Positions 54,459 to 64,000 of a DNA stretch of 64,000 nt are shown piece by piece. Numbering within the stretch: position 1 is the stretch's first letter; each line of letters starts with the position of its first letter. Under the pieces are notes generated by a model. That model did not search any database and was not told the DNA's origin. It saw only the letters and a list, made by a program, of their open reading frames with translations. Both the position numbers and the translations under genes were made by a program. The DNA comes from Raillietiella orientalis (Eukaryota): the NCBI GenBank assembly GCA_036172245.1, contig JAYWIR010000037.1:2108001-2172000 (forward strand), given 5' to 3'.

Positions 54459-56013
54459 GTTTAGCACAATGAACCCGTATAAACAAGAATGCTTCCATTT
54501 AATATTATAGTGTATTAAATGTAGCCACCTGAACAAAATGTAACAGGTACAAAAATCAGTGTTAAAATAATCAGTGTTAAAAAATTCTGATAAATAACTT
54601 CTCATGATTCATCATTTATTACACAGTGCTTTCATAAACTTAACGAAACTGTTGAAGATAGGAGATGCGAAGACTTCGCTATACACGTTACGGTTTGTCT
54701 CATTAGTTTCATGTTCAAAGAACTCGAGTATATCGAATTTCTATATTTCTAAACAATCTTTAACTATAACTCATAATTTTTGTCCATATCATTTTGAATT
54801 TCTAATCCTATCTATGAAATTATTCAGATTTTACCTAGTTTATGCAAAAAAAAATAACGTGACTGTTTGCAGTTGTCTTGAAAAATTCAACCTTGCATAT
54901 ACATCCTCTATATTCTAGTTTAGTTTCTTCTGGATAGCTACCACTTAATTATAAGCATTTTCTAGATGCACTTTCAAGTTTCAAATTTAATTCATCTCTA
55001 ATTCATCATAATTTGACTCCTTTGTCCTAACAATTCAAAATTTCCAGTCATTCCTAGATATCTTCAATTTCATAATTTAAGGAGCTAAATAGCCATCTGT
55101 TTATGTTGTCGTCATTTGAATTTATATTTAAAAGCATGGATTTAATCAGATCGCATAAGGAAAACACTTTCTAACAACAGAAAAGAAGCAATAAAAGAAA
55201 AAATATTTGTGGAAAATAGAAATGACTGAAAACATCAAGGAAGGCAAGGAATCAAACGGTGATATAAGAAACAAATACATGACATACTCTAAACAGTTCT
55301 AAGTAACAGTATGTTTTAATAGGCTATGAAATTTATTATTGAGAGACAATTTAATATATTGCATGATAGGAAATATATTGTAAGGATAATTTACAGATTA
55401 CAGCATTTCTAAACTTTTTCAAGATAATATAGTCCAGTAATACACTGGATGCTTGAAACTTTTGGATATCCTATGAGGACTCTTGAAACCCTCAGAGCGT
55501 TACTTAAAAAAACATCAAATCAAATCAATTATTTTAAAAATTCGACGATTTTCAAACTAAATGTAATTTTAAAAGAATCTTACCGATTCGATGGATACAC
55601 ATTTTTGATGTCTACCTGAATAAGTGTAAGCATGGAATAACTTGGAATCTCAATAATAGAATCATAATGTTTCCTAGATTCTGATTAATACAAATGACTG
55701 AAAAACAATGTTCAGGCCACAAAAATTCAAGTACTAATACATGGAATTATAACATATAGTAGCAATTTCTTTGATTTTCATATCTGAGAAGCACTAAACA
55801 GGATAAAAGGAAGTATAACAAGAATTATAGAAGTTTATGAAAAGAGTACTGTCAGTGTTATAACAATCACAATACAGAAAAGGATTCATACTCTCCCATA
55901 CTCAGAAAATATTGTCATATATGATTAGAATCGGCATTAATTCATGGAATTTTGTGATAAATGATCTTTTGAAATAGTCCACGAATTTATTATCAATTAT
56001 AAACTATATATTT

Positions 56014-57789
56014 ATGAAAATGCTGCACGAGACGTTTGGTAGTTGTACCTCCAAAAGAAAACGGAGCACGTCCAGCGAAAGTTGCGTGTTCCCGATCCTG
56101 AGGTTCTGTGTAAGCAAAATGCAAAATTGCACGGCTAGGTGTGAAATAATTGACATTTTAAACGAAGCAGCTATGCATGCAGATAGTAGTTTTAAAGTGT
56201 GCAATATTAAAAAAGTTCAGGAACTTATAATCCATAAGGATCCAGAATTATTGCCAGATTTTATAGATGAAGTTCTAGCGTTTCAGAGCTTGCCTAACGT
56301 GGATGTACGAAGAGCGGTGATTACGTTCGTATTTGAGGCTAGGTATATTCCATAGCTTAAAAGTATTCGTATTTCAGTGATTTCCTATTAGTTTTATTTC
56401 CCGTTGGTTTGGTTTTTCTACTGTTTTGGAACATTCCTTGTTCGAATCGAGAGATAGCTGTCAATTCTTTCGACAGCTATCTGTCGACATTTCTACATTT
56501 CTTTGTTACAATTTTATGAATAATAGGGAAATCACTCTCGAAGTTATTTTTTTTTTCCAATTTTAGCCGGAAGTGTAACGACTTCTTTTTAAAAGCTTTG
56601 TGTTGCTTCCAAGTACAACTAATGAATGATTCACATAACATTCAGAAACATGTCATCCATTTATTCACCATAATGTACCCTGCAATTTTTGAATATGTAT
56701 TGAGACAGAAAGCAAATAATGAAAACATTCAACAACTTCTAAAATTAACAGATTCCATTGGGTTGAAAATAGAAGACATGCTGAACCTCAATGAGTAAGC
56801 AAGAATTTCTAAAAATTTTGCATGTATCACATTTGTATGATATCTTGCCTAACTATATGAAATGATTCATTATTTTGCATGATTCGCTAACATATGAAAG
56901 TGTTTTTAATTATTAACAAGAAATGTAGATGTAGGTTTACTGTGGCAGATGTTGTTCATATCTTAATGAAGTGTATTTACATGGCTTACAAGATATGTAT
57001 ATCGATAGCTTATATATTATTTATGTCTTTAGTCATACTTTTTCTTTAGATTCTTAATATTCAGTTTATTATATCTTTAAAGAAAGGTGGATGTTCTCAT
57101 CTTAAACTTCATGAAAGTAGAAATTCTTGTTGGATTGCAGTGTCTGGATTCCTTACAAGGAACAAACTCATGTTTTTTGGACAAAGAAGAATTAAATTTG
57201 CAGTTAAGGTATTTGAAACTAAAAATTTGAATTATAGCAAACAATTTTTATCAAATTATTCAAAAAAAAAGATAATTTTATTAGATGTGTGCTTTAAGGA
57301 TGCATTTGGATAAACTGAAGCAGTATTTGTTTTCCACACATGCCAGTCCAAAATGTAGTATTAATAGTCTGATTGTCATGATAGCAATAGCAAAAGCACG
57401 TGCTGATTATGTGCATTGCATAATTGAAATTCTGAGGGAATTCTTTGGTCAGTTGTTTGAAATGCCTAATGAAAAAGAATGTTTATGTCAGGTAATATTG
57501 TGAAAACAAATGCTGAAAACATGCAGCAATTGAAGAAAATAGCCATTGAACATCTGTTAATTATTTTAAAACATAATAGTGTTGGTGCAAAAAAAGAATA
57601 TGAGAATTGTGTTCATTCTCTTTTGTATGAAATAGGGGCAACAACTGAGGATGTGAGTAGTATAAACTGATGGATTTTTTAAAGACAATTCCATAGATTC
57701 TACGTTCCACTCAACAAAAAACTAGATCCAGGAAAAACTCAGTGAAGTCATTGTATGCACATCCTGAAAAACGGTTTTGTTCATCGTAG
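56014..57789 (+). CDS. Symplekin N-terminal (HEAT/Pta1-N) domain-only protein, ~345-380 aa, divergent
   Basis: EIIDILNEAAM..KKVQELIIHKDPELLPDFIDEVLAFQ..VDVRRAVITFV matches the symplekin N-terminus. Later IAKAR and HLLIILKH..LLYEIG match the NTD end. Exons 56014(or 56119)-56342, 56567-56794, putative micro-exon 56921-56930, 57050-57208, 57285-57447, 57492-57652, 57697-57789 (TAG). Confidence 0.75.
56447..56487. repeat. Near-perfect inverted repeat (16-bp arms, 9-nt loop) in an intron
   Basis: tcgagagatagctgtc - aattctttc - gacagctatctgtcga, with 15 of 16 positions complementary. Confidence 0.75.
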
Positions 57790-59714
57790 GCTTCAGAAGC
57801 TAAGCTTACTGTATGCTAAATTTCAGTATGCTTGTTCAAAAATGTTTCCATTCTTGATATGCTGAAAGTCATTCTTGAAAATGGTTTATGTTTAATGTGA
57901 GGAGAACAAAAAAATTGGACAACAAAAGGCAGCAGGTATTTGCAAACCATGCTGTTCTGTATGCAAATATAAATATTTTTTAATTGAAGCTGTGAAGTCC
58001 ATGCACAGAAACTTAAAAACTATTTTGAAAATTTAGTAAGTATTAGGCATAAAAATAAATTCGAGTACATTTGATGAGGTGTGTAACTGCTCGTATTTTG
58101 ATCTAAATTTAGTTTAAAACAAAATTGGTTTATTATGTTCACGTTTATAGTTCATTTTTCTCTGATTAAGAAAAAAAGAAAAAGTAAAGAGTAAACAATA
58201 ATACAACTTTTGATTGCTGTTTTATTTATGGCTCTATCCAGAACTTGGTTTACATGATTGAATGAGAATCCATTCATGATTTTGAGTAAACTGAGATACA
58301 TAACTAGTTTAGAGAAAAAAAAATCATCCATTTTGCATTTCTATTAATTCTGGAAATATTTACATTAGCATTCATGATTATTGTCATTTACTGCTTAGTG
58401 GATATTTTTCAAGTTAATTTCATTAAGCAGCACTTGCCTATATTCATCTGTATTGCTTTGCAATGTACTATTTTATCGTGATTTAAAAAGTGCGTACATA
58501 CAGAGAGAACAAATAATTTATATACATATTTTTGTCTATAATTTTGATTGATGATTGTATTTAAATTTCTTTTCATTGATAATTTTATTAAATTATTTGC
58601 AACGTTGAAAATATTGAAGTTCATATGAAAATCTTATTCTAAATCAAATATGGGATTCTTTATTTTTTTGAGCTAAGAAAGTTCGATATAATTGCGCCTG
58701 ATATGCCATAAAACAGCTCATAGTTTCTTTAGTAATTTAGTCATCTTTTTCGGATGCCTTTTCTTGACATTTAAAGTAGCTTGCTGTATTGACAATAGCA
58801 ATCTGTTGACAGTATCACACAGTTCCTGTTAATGAGGGCATGTGTTCTTGTTGATTGTATTTTCATTCTAATTTTTGATTATGATACAGCATCAAATGAT
58901 GGAATATTATATTAGCAGGTGATCTTGTAGATATTTTGGTGTTGAAATCTGAATCATGAAGCAAAACATACCACATTCCAATCTGTTATTTTGTGTGTTT
59001 GGAATTTGTAGTGTTGATTTAGGTAGTCTGCACTTGTTGAAAATTTTCTTCCGCCCTAAATTGTTTTATTTTGCCATTATGTCTGTTCCGTAGAAGTGGA
59101 AACTGCACTTTTTGGTCTAATTTGTTTCTGAAATAATAGTTATTACATTCAGTATGAAGGGAGTTCTCGTTTTCTAAGTAGAAATTAATGGTAGGAACAT
59201 AATTTGCTGATCGATTTTTAAATATTAAATTTAAAAGATCATTCCAAACTATATGCGGTTGCAAATTCACCTTCAAATGGATAAGTTTATCGTATTGATA
59301 TCTGTTTGATTTTTATTTTTATAAGGTTTTCTTTACATCATAGTATGGCATGTGTTTTTGAAATATAAAAAACATCCATGCAAGGAAAGGTTACAATACA
59401 ATGAAATAAATTTTAGCATTTTTAATAAGAATAAAATGAATAAGTGCTTTGAATAACTTCACAAGCTTGTCCTTGCAGAGAATATTATCTTATAATTTCA
59501 GGAACTACATTAATGCAGATACAGCTACTGTAATTTGAAGTTCAGCTGTTCCTTACACCAGATCCTCTGTAAAAATTTAATTAGCAACACAAAATGTGCA
59601 TCACCATAGAAATATATGAACCATGTTATTGGGACACAAAGTGTATTTTTGGGCCTTAAAAGTGAAATTCAGCAATTTTGTATTTGTTATACTGCCGAAA
59701 ATTCGTGTAGAGAT

Positions 59715-62700
59715 TAAATCTCACAGGTGGCCTGCGGCCACCCTACGCGATTCAGTGTTCCGTGTTCGCAACACTCCGTGAGGTAAAGCCTTGGCAATAC
59801 TGCAGGTTCACGCGTGCTTTTCTGCTTCCAAGAGCGCCGCCGCCACGCCTCCTCGTTGTGCAGGAAACGGGGTGGCAAAGGAGGAGAAACCAGTGGCAAG
59901 GTGCAAGTCTCAGGGGAATGCTACAGGAGGGGGTAGCGTCGCTCTCCCTGCAGCCTCGTTACATCGGCGTGCGGTCCAGGGACAATTGGGGATCCTCAGC
60001 ATCGTGCGGTGGAGGGCCCTCCGTGCCGTCGACCCCGCCACCATGGCATCGTTCCGCAAGGAAACTGGCCCTCTACGATCCTTCCGAGTGGGGCAGCAGG
60101 AAATAGAATAAGGGGGCCTCGCTTCGGATGCTGCAGCGGAAAGCTGAGGGAGCTGTCATCGGGAAGCGCTTCCTGTGTCTGCTCTGGTGGAAGCTCTGTT
60201 CCATTAGGAAACACAGGGACGCTCTCCGCTGCAAATCCTGGCTTTCCGTGACGGAGGAAGCCTCGGAACAAACATGCAAAGAAAAATCGCACGCGCAGGT
60301 AATCGTGGTGCTGCGGATGACCCGGGAGTATCGAAAGCACCTACTCAAAAGCTGGATGGCTCTCGGCTCTGTTCACCTTCCCGATCGTCATGCGTCAGCA
60401 TGCGTTCTCTCGGAAAATCCGGTGGCGGTTTTGGCCTGGTCCGCGGGGTCAGCGTTTGCTATCGAGGGTCGAAGGGTGAGGTGCGCACATCGCGTACCAC
60501 TGGGCAACAGTGGTCCCGGAGCAGCATCCCTTTACTCTAGCTGTAGCCTTCATGATTTCGCCGAGAGTGTTTGCGGCGAAGATGACCTCTTTTCAGATGC
60601 GGTTCCTGACGGGAGAGATGGCCGCGTCCTGATATCAAGGCAGCAGCATCCGGTACGTTTCGTGCTTGGGCACTCAGCGCAACCTCTGGAGAGTCCAGTG
60701 GCACCTAGCTCTTCGCTACGCCATCACCTAAAAGAGGACCAAAGGCTCCCGATCAAGTCCGCCGCGGGAGGGAACTCCGCTGGGATCAGGCAGGAGTCTT
60801 ACTAGAGCCAGGAGAGGGCGGTCCTCTACCCCGTGCGACCCAGGGGTTTGATGGTGGAAAGATCTTCCGCGCGATCCTCCCGGCATCTCTGTGTGCTGTC
60901 GAACGCGGTAATGGCAGGCAGGGCTCAGGTGCTTCCTTTGCAGAGGCCGAGCGGACCGGTTCTTGGGTCGCCTCTACTCTTCCTGGAGGCGGCACGCAAC
61001 AGCAGGAGGACAGGAGGAGGAGTGTTGCCAGTCTTCTCTGCCCTGAGCAGCGCATCCTGGATTTCTCTTCCGCCCGGCTATCACCTGTGGGTGGGGCAGT
61101 CGAGGTTCGGAGCCGAGCTTGCTGCCCATCTTACGCCCTCTTTCCTGCGACTATTCCCTGGTCCCGCCCTCCAGATGCCGCAAACGGGAAAACGTCTCCG
61201 GCTCCGGGATCCCGGTCCGAATGTGCGGAGGTTTGTTTTCAGCAGCCTTTTCGAAAGCCTGTTACTGTTCGTATGACCACCTAAGGAAGTTCCTCCTCCT
61301 TTCTCGCCGAACGCCACCTTTTTCTTTCGGACTGCGGCGCCATCTCTCCTGCGCCATCCGCTGCAAGACGTCCCCTCCCTCTTCATCGCTACCCCCCGAA
61401 ACGAAGCACAGGCGAACCATCCAGTACAACTCTGTTTAATTTGGAGTTGGTCACCTTCCTCAAGGTGTTCAGCGGCGTGCCTACTTTGGCGGGTGGTTCC
61501 GGGTGAATTCTTGCCAGGCATGCGACTCCAGGAAGACGGGGAGAGGGTGAGTGGTGCGTGCACTCCAAACTTACCTAACCCACCAACAGAGAAGGCTCCC
61601 CTTCCTCCCCCGGGCAGCAGCAGACTCCCTGACCGGCGCTTTCCCGGCAGCGTGCACTGGCCCCCGACAGTGCACGCTGCAGGCCTGCATCATCTGTATC
61701 TTCTGTGGTTCTTTCTTCTTTGTTCCCCGGCTTCCAAAGCTGCTCCACCGTATCTGAGCTCTGAAGAGAAGGTGGGGGAAAAAAAAGCGAGCAAAGAAAC
61801 ATGAAGATCGCTGATCGTCCACTCACCTCCTTGTGGTACCAGTAGGCGGCTGCCGCGGCCTCTAAAAGGCAAACTGCTTATCCCAGTCTTGGAAATAGTA
61901 GGTTTCGAAAGCATGTTTACGAAGAGTTTTCTTTTTTTTCTACTTACATTCGAGAGTTGCCTAAGTAACAGTGAAAAGCCGAAAAAAGTCTGAAATTTGG
62001 GTGCGGCTTGGTTGCATACGCGGAAGGAGACGGTGGTCGGCGTCTCCAACGGGGTCATCTGCTCCCTATCCAGATGCCGACGGGACTGGTTCCCGGCTCA
62101 GATCTACTTGTTGGAAAGGGCACGGCATTGCAGGAGAATCTGCAGTTCTGTCTGTCCCTGGATGGCGCTGCTCTTGCTGCAGCAGCAGAGAAAGAGCGCT
62201 TATCTTGGCAGATGCACCTTAAACGGCTCAACGAATCACATTTGTTTCCCCCTACTCCTCTCCCGCAGACAACTCGCTGATTGTGGACATCCTCCCTCTC
62301 CACAGTCAGAAGTAAGCAAACTCACGCGCGCCCTCTTGGGGTGGGCGAGGACGGTCAGCTGGCTGCTAAGCGACGTGGAGCCGGGCGCAGTGCGCAAAAA
62401 CTGGACACGCCTTCGTTGCTTCACGAGCATTCTCGCCCCAGTGTCGGAAGAGAATGCTCATGGTCCAACACTTTGCCTGAGGTCCGTAGGACGTGCGTCC
62501 GCGGTTGAAGTCCCCGGTTCCTCGGCACGCTGCTCAGTCGGCCATCTAACTTGCATCTACCACGATAATAGCGCCTTCGCTGCTGCTGCAGCAGGAGCAG
62601 CGCTTGCTTGCTGCGTCCTCCCGTACCTCAGGGCTTCCTTGCGTTTACTGGTTGTGCGCTCCTCCTTTTCTGGAAACCTGTTGTGCATCTTCCTCCAGGA

Positions 62701-64000
62701 GAATCTAAGTCAGTACTCCGAGGGAGGTCCGAAGCTCATGGAAGACCTCGGGTATCGAGGAGGAGGTGGCACCTTGCGTGCTGCTCTCTTGCCCCACTTC
62801 AGGACTCCACGCGATTGCGCGCTAACCCGTGAGTCAGAAGCACTCCCTCGCCTAGGTGAGCGCGTGCCTATGCGTGTCGCGCTGGTGCGGGGAGGCGTAA
62901 CAGGTGATCATGACGGAGAGGTTTCTGAGGCGATGCACGCTTTCTGACGACTTCCTGGATCACGATCGGTCGCTGCTACCCACTGTGGGACGGGCATGAG
63001 GGAGAGCGTAGGAGAAAACGTTCCCGAGCGCGTGCGTGCTGCTTCCCGATGGCAAAGCACTTAGCTTCAGTGACGTCACGGGAGAGCCACCTCTGCTCCC
63101 TGCCTCGCACTGTCTTCGCGGTGCCGAAAAGTCAGCCCGCACGCGGGCACTAACTCACGTCTTCAGCACCTTCAGGCGGTAGCACAGAAGCGCCTTCTCC
63201 AGATACGTGCACTCTGACAAAAAAAGGAAAATAGGTAGGGGTTGGTGGATGCTCAAAGGTAGGGAGGATTCCGGAGGAGGAGGAGAAAAAACAACAACTC
63301 TTCGCTCCTCCAGATCTTTATCACTACAGCTCTTGCTCCCGCACGTGGAGCTGCTGAGACCAGGCGGAAAACGAGCCCGCGAAGCGCCCCCTGTCCAGGG
63401 CCCTGAGACCTTTCAGCGGAGAGGTGGCTCGCAGCCAGGGCTACGGAAACTGACATCTCTGCGCTATCCGTGGGTGGAACGTGGGAGGTAGTAACCGCAG
63501 CCAGATCGCCTCACGACCTCTCCAGTGGCGCGAGGTGGATTCTTCGGGGCTTCACATGTCATCGGCAGCATATGGCTTCTCCTGGGATCCGCCAACAAGT
63601 TTCTGGGCAGGCGAACTGGCCGAAAAAGCAGTTCCTGTTACCGTCATGAAGGGGACCCCTGTCCGGGAGGGAGCAGCTGCTCAACTTTCCTCCCGGGGAT
63701 GGACGATGTGCCTCCACCCACTCGCCACCCCTTACTCCATCTCGTGCAATCGCAGCTTCGTGCATTCCGCAGACGGAGCAGCACGTGGGGTCTTTCCTAC
63801 CTCTTCTCCTGCGGGATGAAGGCAACCAAGGGCCAGCAGTGGCATTAGAACACTCTTCTCATGCGCTAAAAAAGATGGCGAAAGAGTCCAACTGGAAGGC
63901 GAGTCGATGAACCAATAAAGACGAAGCGGAGGCCAGAGCCAAGAACCCTTCGTATTTCGTGCTGCGTATCTGCACTTCATTGCCTGTCTGGTGCCACTCG
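59715..64000 (+). mobile_element. GC-rich, heavily decayed non-LTR (L1/Tx1-like) retroelement sequence
   Basis: Abrupt GC rise at ~59715. Collinear eroded RT-like motifs: SIPLL..RVFAAKM (~60520-60585), FVLG, GFD, RG..CPS (~61100), YDH (~61270), FWK (~62670). No intact ORF. May be more than one element. Confidence 0.45.

Noticed and set aside
59714..63980. Numerous long overlapping ORFs (up to 316 aa) in the GC-rich tail
   Set aside because: Expected from stop-codon scarcity at high GC in decayed retroelement DNA. No coherent protein features.

Overview
Eukaryotic (invertebrate animal-like) AT-rich genomic DNA with very short introns (mostly 39-52 nt). I reconstructed spliced genes by hand with phase-consistent GT-AG junctions. 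Recognisable genes: a C19orf47-like SAM protein, mitochondrial GLRX5, calcineurin B, RPL13A (with an intronic SNORD34-like C/D snoRNA and a second C/D candidate), UBA52 with a divergent ubiquitin, FIG4, and a short symplekin-N-terminal-domain-only gene. Three orphan spliced ORFs are also present: a 99-aa ORF that stops 9 nt before the GLRX5 ATG, a coiled-coil protein, and a Cys-rich membrane protein with a Pro/Lys tail. Between the genes are many decayed mobile elements: a 5'-truncated Tx1/L1-type LINE with a 12-bp TSD, two NeSL/Utopia-like REL retroelement remnants, further L1/Tx1-like debris and a pogo/Tigger-like MITE. The most intriguing items are the apparent dicistronic orphan-GLRX5 unit, the stand-alone symplekin NTD gene, and a GC-rich multi-hairpin element upstream of calcineurin B. 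No database search was run, so family calls rest on motifs I recall.
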